A DNA stretch of 64,000 nt from the human T2T-CHM13v2.0 reference genome, Homo sapiens. How positions within the stretch are numbered: position 1 is the first letter of the stretch; every line of letters starts with the position of its first letter. The position numbers and the translations under genes are program-made. The stretch lies in the NCBI RefSeq assembly GCF_009914755.1, contig NC_060935.1; one strand, given 5' to 3'. Shown here piece after piece: positions 46,870-62,128 of this stretch. A model generated the notes under the pieces. The model was not told the DNA's origin, did no database searches, and saw nothing but the letters and a program-made list of their open reading frames with translations.

Positions 46870-49500
46870 CCAAAAAGCCCTTAAAATAACTTTTTCTTCT
46901 GAAAAGATAGAGTAGACATACTTTTCCCTATTTCTCCTGCTAAAAACTAAAAATCCTTGACAAACATAAGACTCTGAAAGTTTGAGGGAAGGCATATAGA
47001 CCAACACTTTGGAATCCAAGAAACCAACACTGTGGTGAGTTTCCTGGGTTTTCTTTTTACAACATATATCCCAGAGTTGGAGTTGAAAAAGCCAGCAACA
47101 TGGAAATGCCAACAGACACAGACAAAAAAAGTACTAACAAAAGAATGCTCTCTCTAGCTAAAGGACCAGAACAGGACGTCCCAGCAAGACAGAAAACTTT
47201 TAGATGACAGCTGCTCTACTCCCAACAGACACCAAAGAAAAAACCTCTGCCCACACCAGGGAAGGTCAAGTGGGGATCCTAGAATCCCACACTCAAAAGG
47301 CTGTAAAGGGGCACCCCAACACCCCACTGCAGTGGTGTCAGGGAAGACCAAGTGGGGAGCTAAGACTTTCATCCCAACTGGCCAGCATGAACCTCCTTCT
47401 CCCAGCAGTGTCAATGGACTTCCATCCCCACCAGGCAGTAATAAAGAGCGTCCCCACATTTTGGACTTAATGTAAGCTGAGTAGGGAATCTAGACACCTG
47501 CCTCACCTCACAGTAACAAGGCAGCACTTCCCTTTCTCCTGCCAGAGTGGTATCCAAAAAAGCCAGCTAACCCAGTCTAAAAAAATACAGAGCCACACAA
47601 CAAAATATGAAAATGTGCAGATTTCAAAAGAAAAACCCAAGGAACAGGAAGATCCCAAACCAAATGACAAAAAGACAATCGACAGACACCAACATCGAGA
47701 TAACAAAGATGTCAGAATTATCTGGCAAACATATTAAGGCAGTCTCCATAAAAATGTTTCAACAGCTTGAAACAAATGAAAAAAAAGTCTCAGCAAAGAA
47801 ATGAAAGTCTCAGTAAAGACACAGAAGTACAAAGAAACAAATGGGAGCTTAAAACTAAAAAATACAATAATCAAAATAAAGAGCTCAGTGGATGGTCTTA
47901 ACAGTAAAATGGAAGGGACAGAAGAATCAACAAACTAGAATGCACAACAGTAGAAACTACCAAATCTGAAAAACAGAAAACACACTGAAGAAAAGAAAGC
48001 AATGAACAGAGCCTCAATAGCCTTTGGGAATGTTACAAAAGATCTAACTTCCATGTTATCAGAGGATCACAATGAGAAGACAAGGAGAATAGAGCTGAAA
48101 AAGTACATGAAATAACAGCTGAAAACTTCCCAAATGTGGTAAGACATAAACCTACACATTCAAGAAGTTGAATAAACCCCAAAGAGGAAAAACCCAATGA
48201 AATCTACACCAAGACACATCATAATTAAACTTCTAAAAACAAAAGACAAAAAAATATTGAAAGCAGCCTAGGAAAAACATCTTACCTACAGGAGAAAAAC
48301 AGCAGATTTCTCATCAGAAACCATGGGGATCAGAAGAAGTGGCACAGTATCTTTCAGGTGCTGATCAAAGAAAACTACAGTACCTTGCTTATCCCCAGTT
48401 TCACTTTCCTTGGTTTCAGTTACCCACAGTCAACCACAGTTCAAAAATATTAAATGGAAAATTTCAGAAATAAAGTTTCAAATTGTTTACCATTCTGAGT
48501 AGCCTGATGAAATCTCACACCATCTCACCCAGGACAATGAATCATCCCTTTGTCCAGAGTATCCACACTGTATATGCTACTCAACCGTTAGTCATCAACA
48601 CTGACACTGTCTGCTCTGAACATTCAACTGTTGACATTATCATGCCTCAACAAGCCATATCATCATGCCTCAACGATCCAGGATCATCCAAAGCAGATGA
48701 TTCTGACCATACATCAGAAGGTCAATAGTAACAATGCAACATCACAATGCCTACATCATTTACCTCACTGCTTCTCATCAAGTAGGCATTATCTCATATC
48801 ATCATAAGAATATAGAACAAAAAGATATTTTGAGAAAGACCGCATTCAGATAACTTCTATTGTAGTATATGGTTGTAATTTTTCTATTTTATTAATAATC
48901 TAATCTCCTACTGTGCCTAATTTATAAATTAAACTTTATCGTAGGTATCTATCTCCTTATTGGAAAAACAGGATATGTAGGGTTCAATACTATCCACAGT
49001 TTCAGGCATCTGGGGGGGTTGAAATATATAGCCCTTGCAGGTAAGGGGGGACTACTGTATTAACTCAGAATCTTATGTACAGTAAATTTTTTAAAAATTG
49101 TTCTGGGATGAAGGAGAAATCAAGACCTTCTCAGATAAGGAAAACCAAAGAGAATGTATTGCCAGAAGGGCCACCCTAAAAGAATGGCTAAAGAAAGTTC
49201 CTTAAACAATAAAAGGAACCTTGAAACATCAGAAAGGAAAAAACATGGTTAGCAAAAATATGGACAAACTCCATAGCTTTCCTTCTCGAGTTTTCTATAG
49301 TATGCTTGACAGTTCAAAAAAAAAGTTAATACTGTAAAATGTATATAGTGAGAATATTTAAAAGTTATATTATAAACAGGAAAATAAAGGGACATAAAGG
49401 TTTCCATACTTTATTCAAACTGGCAAAATGACAGTATCAGTAGGTTGCAATAAATTATACATAAATAATGTAATACCTAGAGTACCCACATAAAAAGCTA
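46870..49500 (+). mobile_element. Old L1M 5' UTR/ORF1 remnant, interrupted by MER44
   Basis: ORF1-like motifs (ctcagtggatggtcttaacag, gctgaaaacttcccaaat, acaccaagacacatcataattaaacttc, cagcagatttctcatcagaaaccatgg). Confidence 0.8.
48378..49057. mobile_element. MER44-like (Tigger7 family) DNA transposon
   Basis: TA-CAGTACC..CTTATCC start and GTAAGGGGGGACTACTG-TA end; TA TSD. Confidence 0.82.
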
Positions 49501-49593
49501 AAATCCTATAAGGTAAGTACTATTATCATCCCCATTATATTGATGAGGAAATTAAGGCTCAGAGTTGCATAAGGACGCAGATACTAGTAAGTA

Positions 49594-49952
49594 CAGGCTG
49601 AGTATCCCTTATCTGAAATACTTGGGACTAGAAGTGTTTCAGATCTGAAATTATTTTGGATTTTGGAATATCTGCATATACATGAGTTATCCTGGGGGAT
49701 GGGACCCAAGTCTAAACATGAGATTTATTTATGTTTCTATACACTTTTTACACATATCTACAAGGTAGCTTGACACATATTTTTAATAATTCTGTTCATG
49801 AAACAAAGTTTGTGTACTTTGTTTCAAGGTCAAGAGCAAAACTGAGGTCAAGTTTTAAATTTTCCACTTGTGGCATCATATCATGACTCAAAAAGTTTCA
49901 GATTTTGGAGTATTCTGGATTTCAGATTTTTGAATTAGGAATGCACAACATG
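49594..49952 (+). mobile_element. Tigger4b/MER46B-like MITE inserted in a MIR-derived segment
   Basis: TA-CAGGCTGAGTATCCCTTATC...ATGCACAACATG-TA; homologous to the copy at 3405. Confidence 0.85.
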
Positions 49953-50190
49953 TAAAGATGAGACTCAATCCCGAAGTCAAATGGCTCCAAATCCTAATTT
50001 TTTTTAAACCACATTAAAAAGGGGTTTTGGGGATTTAAAGCTCAGAGTTACAGAAGGATACAGATACTACAAAACAGTGAATATGGGACTCAATCCCAAA
50101 TTCTGATTTTTTTTTTCCACCACAATAGAAAGGGGTTCTTGGGATTTAAAACTTCAAAACATGATGGGGAAACAGTTTTTCACTAACCTC

Positions 50191-50802
50191 TGTTAAACCA
50201 AACTTATGTGACGCCATCTGTTTGGACTGAGCTTCTGTACTACGCCCAAAAGACCAAACCAAAATGAAGTTACCCATGCTGAATGAAGTTCCACACCACC
50301 ACGCCATTTATCTGACCTTCTAGAAATCAGGAGAATGAGAGATGACAGCCAAATACCCAAACAGGCCAATTTTAGCTGGCACAATAAGGAAGTCCCATCT
50401 GCTTTAACCTTTACAAGGAAAATAACTTTAAAAATATCAGCTGGCCCGGGCTCAGTGGCCCACACCTGTAATCCCAGTACTTTGGGAAGCCGAGGTGGGA
50501 AAAATCACTTGAGGCCAGTTGTTCGAGACCAGCCTGGGCAACACAATGAGACTGTCTCTACCAAAAAAAAAAAAAAAGGGGGGGGGGGGAGAAAAAATCT
50601 ATAATAAAAAAATAAAAAGACCGATCCATTTTTTGTTTTGTTTTTGCTTTCTTCAGCCCTTTTCTGTCTATAAAGCCAAACTGCTGTGCTCAGTTCATCA
50701 GAACAGTCATTCTATTTTATAAAATGAGATGTTGCCAGATTCTAGGATCAAAAAGCCAATTAGATCTTTCAATTAAATTTGTTGTAATTTTGTTTTCTGA
50801 TA
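50191..50802 (+). mobile_element. ERV1-class (MER4-group, MER31/MER67-like) solo LTR with Alu left monomer inserted at 50443-50618
   Basis: TG start, agaccaaaccaaaatg, tctataaagcc TATA-like box, aaaagccaattagatctttcaattaaatttgttgtaattttg end; 4-bp TSD CCTC on both sides; exact family uncertain. Confidence 0.7.
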
Positions 50803-51114
50803 CCTCCAACTGAAACTTAGCACTTCCTCTATAAAGCACTCTAGCAATACCTGCTGATTGTCAACAACAGACGTCAGATATTTTCATGTAATAGCTACTG
50901 CAGGTAAGTCAGAATAGCATTTACACTACTAAAGTTAAAAAGAAAGAAAGAAAATAGAAAGTTAAAGTTAAAAAAGAAAGTTATTAAAGTTAAAAAGAAT
51001 TTTTTTAAAAAGTTAAATAATTTTGCTTCTAACATTTTGATATTTGAATTTAAATGTACTGGTTCCCCTTATAATCATATACATTTTATTTTATACATTT
51101 AAAAATAGTATTCT

Positions 51115-51396
51115 GGCTGGGAGCAGTGGCTCATGCCTGTAATCCCACCACCTTGGGAGGCTGAGGTGGGCAGATGGCTTGAGCTCAGGAGTTCGAGACC
51201 AGCCTGGGCAATATGGAGAGACCCCGTCCCTACTAAGAACACACACAAAAAAATAGCCGGGTGTGGTGGTGCAGGCCAGTGGTCCCAGCTATTCAGGAGG
51301 CTGAGGTGGGAGGTTTGCTTGAGCCAGGGTTTGGGGGTTGTGGGGGAGGTTGCAGTGAGCCGAGGTCGCGCCACTACACTCCAGCCTGGGAGACAG
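51115..51396 (+). mobile_element. AluJ lacking poly-A tail (left half of inverted pair)
   Basis: AluJ-type left arm; 3' 50 bp is AluS-type. Confidence 0.9.
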
Positions 51397-51465
51397 GGCA
51401 ACAGAGTCTGTCCCTCTGTCTCCCAGGCTGGAGTGTAGTGGCGCGACCTCGGCTCACTGCAACCT
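51347..51465. repeat. Perfect 50-bp inverted repeat with 19-bp spacer
   Basis: 51347-51396 is the exact reverse complement of 51416-51465 (checked base by base). Confidence 0.97.
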
Positions 51466-51683
51466 TCGCCTCCAAGGTTCAAGCGATTTCTGCCTCAGCC
51501 TCCCAAGTAGCTGGGATTACAGGCGCACCCCACCATGCCCAGCTAATTTTTTGTATTTTTTTAAGCAGAAATGGGGTTTTGCCACATAGGCCAGGATGGT
51601 CCCAAACTCCTGACCTCAAGTGATCCAGCTGCCTCGGCCTCCCAAAGTGCTGGAATTACAGGAGTGAGCCACCGCACTCAGCC
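51416..51683 (-). mobile_element. AluS lacking poly-A tail (right half of inverted pair)
   Basis: Antisense AluS dimer. Confidence 0.9.
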
Positions 51684-53544
51684 AAAAAAAAGTATTCTGA
51701 GAATCCCACAGGCTTTACCAAACTACCAAGAGCCCTTTACACAAAAAAGTTTAAGAATCCCTACATTAAGAACCATTTCCAATTTATTAAAAAGTCCTAA
51801 CAGACCACAGCTTCTACTTGTCACTGGAATGAGAAGAATGGCTCTGCTAGAAGACACCGAAAGAAAAATACCTACAAAACTAAACCATGCTAGAAGCAAA
51901 TGCTTTTTCAAGTTCTCAAAAATCAATACCGTAAGAGTTAGACCCTTAGTTCAGTAAAAATCTATCCACAATCATCAAAGGATCCCCAATTTACACCATG
52001 AGTTAATTCCTAGGTAATTCCCAAAAAGGATATAATCCAAACCTCTAAACTCAAGAACAAGAGCACTTTTTCCACCTTCCCCAACCTTCCACCTCTTACC
52101 TACCCCTACCCATTTCCTCTTGAACATTATAATCTGTAAATCTAAAGATGGAGAGTTCCTTTCTTGAGGAAATTAGCAACATTCAAATGTATATACTTTC
52201 ACATTCTTGTTCCAAGAACACAGAATTCCTTTTCTCTCCCCCATCCCACCTCTCTCAAAGGCATAAGTACCCAAATCAGGCAAAGCCTTTAAGATGAACA
52301 ATGACCACGGCATTTTTTCTAATCCCATGATGAAAATAAGATTCCTGTCATACGCAAAGCCACCAAAAGAGTGGCAGCACATTTTTTACATAAATAATCC
52401 TATCCCTCCCCCTGAAAATTCAACACTTGATGAAAATCTTCTCGGTCCAAAAGTAATCCATTTTCTAAAGGAATAAATTTCATGAGCAAAAAAAGTCAAC
52501 AGCATAGCACAGAGCACAGGTCTAGTATGATACTCCAGGTTTTCTTTCAATCGGTAAACCTACCTCAAACTACATTATGTGGGCATTTGTTTTGTATACC
52601 TACAAATAGTGTTATGAATTCGGTGCTGAGAAAAGTTAAAGGCATTTCTGTATATAGGAAACTAAAGGCAAAATTAATCATCAGTTCCTGTAACTACCAA
52701 GACAAAAATTAGATACTGTGCTTTGGAGAAATCTTCAGAAACCATGTATAGTAATTCTTAAAGCAAATCATAACACACACATTCACGTACAAGTTTTATC
52801 CACAAATTGAAATATGAATTTCTTACTGTAATAAGAATGTACTCAAGTTTTATTTGTTGTTTGAGAAGGACCAAAAAAAAAATAAAAATAAAAATAGTTT
52901 CCTACTCTGAAGGAAAACCCCTGAAGAAAACACTTGTGTCTCGTCAAACAAGTCATGATACCTTTAACACCAAATTAACAGCTAAAAATTTCCATTTGAC
53001 TACACAGTTAAGTCAGAGTACATTCTCTGTTCTTAATTAACTATAAAATACCTCAGAAAATGTTATGAAAAAATATAAATACGCATACTCACCTCCCGAC
53101 TTAGGAAACAAAACATTTGTAATATGATTGAAGACTCTTGCATGCCTCCTCAATAATATTCCCCTCTCTCCTCCCCCAACACCAAGAGGTAATCAATATC
53201 CTGAATTTGGTATCTGTCATTCTCATGCATTTATACAACATTAGTAATCATATGATAGTATTCCTAAACTACGTTTTGGAGAGGACACCACTGCAAATCT
53301 TCAGCTCTATACTAGCTTTTATCAGTAGCCATCAATTGCAGTTTTAATAGAAATACAAATACATCAAGTGTGCTTTTGGGTGAAACCTCACCCTTCCCTC
53401 TCCTCCTACCCCACTGCTCCTCCCAGATTCAAATTGTTAACACAGTCACATGACCAAGAACTTCAGAAAGAGTATCTATCACTCTTTTCAGCTCCCCTCT
53501 AGTAAGTGTTGGCACTTTTATTCCAACTTAACGTTAATAGTTCT

Positions 53545-53740
53545 GTAGTGAGAAGAGGATCATATTTAGAAATACAAAAACCAACTTAAATCCCAGCTTC
53601 GCTTTTTACTTGCTACAGGACCTTGGGCAAATCCCTTCTTCCCAAGCCTGCATTTCCTCATCTGTAGGATGGAAATAATGACCATGACGATGCCATGCTG
53701 CCTTCCAATCATAAAGGGTTGTAACTGGTAGAAAATGAAA
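53545..53740 (+). mobile_element. MIR
   Basis: ggaccttgggcaaatccc...catttcctcatctgtaggatggaaataatg. Confidence 0.7.
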
Positions 53741-54824
53741 TAGTCATAATTACTTCAATGTATTTTTCATAGGTACCTGCTCCTAATTAAAAAACAAAAC
53801 TTGAAACCCTTAGTAATATAATTCAGTTACCGCATTGTATAGGAAAATGAAGTCCAACCAACCAACCAGCTTATCAAAAATACAAACCAAAGTTCATCAA
53901 TACAGGTTCTATACAAGCTATAGAACATGATATTATACCTTTTCATTTCATAATTCTATTGAAATTAATGCAAACTCAAGGTTAATATTAAGAAAATAGA
54001 AGATGCCTAGTTTCATTATCTAGATACTAGCTACTTATTTGGGGGACATAATTAATGTATGGTGCCTTTTTCAATGTTAATCACTTAACTTGTCTCATAT
54101 ACATATTTCACAACTGCAACTTTAATTTTCAAAGAATTAAAAATATGACAAGGCTGAAATCTATGTCACATAATTCATTTTGGCACTACTCTAAGTAAAC
54201 AGCTATTGATAGGAGTAAAAACGAAGAAAAGTCACTAATTACTAGATCCATTTTAAGTAATAATGTATAGAATATTACAAGAGGTTCTGTTTTTAAAAGA
54301 AAAGGAATGTGGGGTATTTTGTGACAGGCCAGTAAGACAGCTGGAACAAAGCTGTTTGAGCAACAGCTGTGCACCATGTACTGTTCATCTAAAACCACAA
54401 ACTAAAGTAACTCATGTCAGACAACTTCATTGGATAATCAGCTCAGCCAATGGCTTCTTTCTGAAACTCTCACTACAAAGAAATAGACACTAAATATATA
54501 CTTTGCAATGATTTGAGGAAGGAGACAAAATAAACAATTGTCTCTAAATATAAAATTAAAAACTAAAAATTACAGACTAATAGTGAAACAGAAGACAAAG
54601 TTTTCCATACTATTTTCACACCTCTTAGGCTTCATAATAGTAAGGAAATAACCCAAAGACTCAAAACTTAAATTTGAATTACTAATACGCAACCTCACCA
54701 TTCCTACTCCATTCTTAATTAACTTTCAAATGAATCAAAGTGCTTCGTCATAAAACATCTTCGCAGTGGTTATCAGAAATTTTTCACATTAAGTCACTTG
54801 ATAATTTTAAAGTAGTTCCCTGTA

Positions 54825-55439
<615 letters not shown>

Positions 55440-56266
55440 TTTTAAGTAGTTCACTTAAACCAACTTGTTGGCATGGAAATTCCATGCCATTATCTGAAAA
55501 TAATAATTCATGTAGTACTCAAGCTACTACAATCATTAATTTAAACATCTGCAACTCGTCATTAAATTATCAGACTTAACTTTTGTTTCACATTTCCACT
55601 TTTTTATTCCAAAAACCCACAAACCTCTCTCTAACCTTAAATTCACTCCTTCCTCAAGTAAAATGTATGCCTCTGTGTACCTGCACACAAGCCTACTTGC
55701 ATGGGGCAAATTTCCCTTAGTTGACACACCTTAATTTTAGAGGCAAAAAGGACAAAATTACAAATTTAATAGCCACATATCTTTTCCATGTGATTTCTGA
55801 AACTTAAACATTAAATCTACCACAAATCTTCCTCTGCAGTTTGACTTGACTACCTGCTTAGCTTTCCTTTCAGCTCGCATCTTTTGACTACTGAAACGTC
55901 AACCACATCGTCATTAACCAAAAACAGGCATTAAGAGAAAATTCATCAGGAAATAAAACAAAAGTTACAACTTTTAAGACCTTACTCTCAGACTGTTGTA
56001 TACTTCCCAAGTCAGAATTGCCAGACAGAAATTAAGAAAGGACTATCTTCTCCAAAGACTATTTTGGCTAAAACCGAATGCTACGGATCAACTTCTAAAA
56101 CTCAAGATTCAACGTGTATATGCCACACATGATTTCTGAAATCCAAAATGATAGCCAGCTCTTTCTCTTCTTCAGTAACTAGATGCTATGGAACCATAAT
56201 AGATACAACTCATCTTTCCAAAAGCCTCTTTTTTCCACTATTTATTTCCTGTGCCCTACTCAAGAC

Positions 56267-56570
56267 TTTTTTTTTTTTTTTTTTTTTTTTTTGAGACAGT
56301 CTCACTCTGTCACCCAGACTGGAGTGCAGTGGTGTGATCTCAGCTCACTGCAACCTCCACTCCTGGGTTCAAGAGATTCTTCTGCCTTAGCTTCTCAAGT
56401 AGCTGGGATTATTGGCGCGTGTCACTATGCCCAGCTAATTTTGTATTTTTAGTAGAGACGAGGTTTCACCATGTCAGCCAGGCTGGTCTGGAACTCCTGA
56501 CCTCAAGTGATCTGCCCTACTCAGCCTCCCAAAGTGCTGGGATTACAGGAGTGAGCCACCGCACCTGGCC
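56267..56570 (-). mobile_element. AluSx-like
   Basis: Antisense dimer with long T tail; TSD-like ACTCAA(G/A)ACTT. Confidence 0.92.
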
Positions 56571-57944
56571 TCCACTCAAAACTTGATACTAGCAAATAGC
56601 AACAAATATTTTGTTGTGCTTAGTTCTGTGTAACAAAGGTATTCCTAGTCTACGATTCTGAAAATGCAAATATGAATAAAATGTACAAATATAACTAAGA
56701 GACATAGATACAGACAAAGCACACCAAATATATAAAGTCCTCTACTAAAATACTTATAGTCTAGTGCTTACAGGGTTTAAGATAATGTCAAGGTGAACCA
56801 GACACAGATCGTTGTTCAAGGTCTGAGCTACAGAAGAACAAAAGAAGGAAAAAGGGATCGTTTTCTAATCCATAACCTTCTTTTAAGAATACACACACTC
56901 TTCCACTTGCCTCACTGCAGAAAGCTGTGGTATGAAGGATTTAAAAACTTGAAAACTATCCCTTTTAAACATCTCTAATTCTACAAAAGTATACCTCTCA
57001 GCCAAAAGCCCATATTTGGAGATTAAGATTTAGAGGGTGTAGTAAAATTTTGTATTTGTTGAAATTCTGCTACTGATAATCTCCAAGAAACTGAAGCTCT
57101 CCAACGTCAACTTGCTGTTTAGCACCAAAACAAAGCAGAAATCTCAGTACCCCAAGGCAATTCTGAGAGATGACCAGCTCTTAACTTCCTAAACCAAAAA
57201 TAGCTATGAGCAACTCTTCATGAATAAACAAGAAAAACAAATATATTCTTCCACACAAAGAAAAATCACTTCCCTGTAAGTTGTTTCATTAAATAGTATC
57301 AAGCTTTACAAAAATACCAGTTTTGTGGCCTTCTGAAAAGACAAGAGAACATTACCGTTGTTTAATATCAGACCGAGAAATCAAGGGCACTAAATATGTT
57401 TTGGAGACAGTAATTATGTGTGACATCCAGAAAATTTCATCAAGGATGGAGAAGACAAATTTGATAAATCTTCCTAGAATAGAGAGGATCTTATCCTTTT
57501 CATTAGCTAACTTAAAACAATGTACTATAAAGTTACAGAAAATCAATGTGTAAATAATAGGTACTTAAGAAGATAACTGAAAAAAATGAATACAAAAATG
57601 GAGAAGTCTTCCCAGACCTGAGAGTGTTTCATCATTTCCCTGAGAATACTAGTGACAGAGAAAAACTTCTAGTCATATCCTGATAAATGTGTCCATTTCC
57701 AATGATAAGAGAATGCTGCAAGCATACACCTAGTGAAGTTATTTCTACAGAAACTTGAGGCCAGACAAAGATAACAAATAAAGCAGGACCTCTACTGTTA
57801 TAACACAAAAATGTTGGGACCCAATAATTTTATACCCAGCCAAATCATCATTTATCATGCAAAAGTAAATTTAATCTTAGATATGTTTTCAGTAAAAAGT
57901 ACTTGGAAATGTTCTTTAAATCACAATTCAAAATAAAAAGTAGC

Positions 57945-58157
57945 TGTAAAGCATAGTAACTATAGTTAATAACAATATATTGTACTCTTGTAAAAAGCTG
58001 AGTGGATGTTACATGTTCTCACCACAAAAATGACAACTATGTGACATAGTACGTATGTTAGCTATATTTAGTCATTCCACAATGTATATATACTTCAAAA
58101 CACCCTGTTGTACATAATAAATACATACAATTTTATCTGTCAATTTAAAAATAAAAA
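57945..58157 (+). mobile_element. L1MA-like 3' end
   Basis: actatagttaataacaatatattgtac...tgttctcaccacaaaaatgacaactatgtg...aattttatctgtcaatttaaaaataaa. Confidence 0.8.
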
Positions 58158-58455
58158 GGCCAGGCACAGTGGTTCACGCCTATAATACCAGCCCTGTGGG
58201 AGGCCAAGGTGGGAGGATTGCTTGAGGCCAGGAGTTTAAGACTAGCTTGGGCAACAAAATGAGACCCCATCTCTAAAAAATAAAAATAAAAAAGTTAGAC
58301 GGGCATGGTGGCATATGCCTGTAGTCCTAGCTACTCAGAGGGCTAAGACAGGAGGAGGGTTACTAAAGCCTAGGAGTTTCAATGTTGCAGTAAGCTATGA
58401 TCATGCCACTGCACTCCCGCTTGGACAACAGAGCAAGACCCTGTCTCTAAATAAA
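58158..58455 (+). mobile_element. AluJ
   Basis: Full dimer inserted at the L1 A-tail. Confidence 0.9.
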
Positions 58456-58794
58456 GACAATTTTAAAAATAATTAATTAAAACTAGCTGTTCATGAGGAT
58501 TGTTTGTAAACACTAAAACCAGGTAGAATGATAGAAATGGCAAATAAAAGCAATAACCCTTAATGACAAACGGATTAATGCCAATGGGTATTAACTATTG
58601 TAATTGTAATAACAAAACAGAATGCAGAAGATTTTTGAAATCTTTTAAAAATACTGAATCTGACACAATTTTGGTTGTTGTAAATAAGGACAAAAAATGT
58701 ACGAAAGGAGTGGGTAGAAACAGGGTTAACAAAAGTGCTTAATTCTCATTTTCTGTAACTGGGAATAAGACACTATTTTCTGATTCCCTAATTA

Positions 58795-59110
<316 letters not shown>

Positions 59111-59499
59111 ATTTTTAAAAGAATATAAATAATTTTTAAGATAAATTCCAGTAGAAAAAAAAAATCTACTTTCCAAAAACCACCACAGAACACAGAAAAA
59201 AACAAAAACAGTTGTACAGCAAAAGACACACTTGGTGCAAAGGGAGGAAGTTATTATGCTAAATAAAGATTAGAGTTTATGGACAAAACCTTACTGGCCT
59301 AACCTAAATTTATCAACCTTTCCCTCCCAAGACATCTGGCTACAAAATTAAGAAGATATATTTTTTAAACAGAAAAAAACCTGGTCCCCTTTATGCTCTG
59401 CTTGGTTCCTTTAGGCTTAATTTCATTCAATGCCTCGCTGAACAAATTATAAAGACAAGATCTCATTAGCATAACAAAGTAAAACAAACTCTGCTCATT

Positions 59500-61480
<1,981 letters not shown>

Positions 61481-61482
61481 AC

Positions 61483-62128
61483 TGTAAGTTTGGTTTGTGC
61501 GATTCCTCCAAATCTCATATTGAAATCTGATCCCCAAAGTTGGAGGTGGGGCTTAATGGGAGGTGTTTGGGTCATGGGGATGAATCCCTCATGAATAGAT
61601 TAATGCCCTCCCTGGGACTGGGGTGTGAGTGAGCTCTTACTTATTAGTTCCACCACAGCAGGTTGTTAAAAAGAGCCTGGCGCCTCCCCCACTGGCTTGC
61701 TTCCTCTCACCATGTGATCTCTGCACATGCCACTCCCCTTCATCTTCTGTCATGAATGGAAGCTTCCTTACACCCTCACCAGAAGCAGATGCTAGTACAG
61801 TGCTTCTTGTACAGCCTGCAAAAACTCTAAGCCAACAAAACCTCTTTTCTTTATAAATTACCCAGCCTCAGGTATTCCTTTAGGGCAGGGGTGTCCAATC
61901 TTTCGATTTCCCTGAGCCACACTGGAAGAACTGTCTTGGGCCACACATAAAATACGCTAAACTAACGATAGCTGACGAGGTTAAAAAAAAAATTGCAAAA
62001 AAAAAATCTCATGTTTTAAGAAATTTTATGAATTTGTCTTGGGCCACATTCAAAGGTGTCCTGAGCCGCATGCCACTCGCAGGCTGAGTGTTGGACAAGC
62101 TTGTTTGAAAGCAAGACAAACCAAGACA
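61483..62128 (+). mobile_element. MST (B-like) ERVL-MaLR solo LTR, interrupted by MER30
   Basis: ccaaatctcatattgaaatctgatcccc, gaggtgtttgggtcatgggg, ccctcaccagaagcagatgc, ataaattacccagcctcaggtattccttta...aagaca. Confidence 0.87.
61886..62103 (+). mobile_element. MER30 (hAT-Charlie) MITE
   Basis: CAGGGGTGTCCAATCTTT...TTGGACAAGCTTG. Confidence 0.87.

Noticed and set aside
46870-49500. Possible intact L1 ORF1 or transposase
   Set aside because: Heavily degenerate with stops and frameshifts and interrupted by a MITE; no long ORF.
50930-51018. Repeated AAAGTTA units resembling an array
   Set aside because: Irregular low-complexity A-rich sequence without constant spacers; not CRISPR-like or a true minisatellite.
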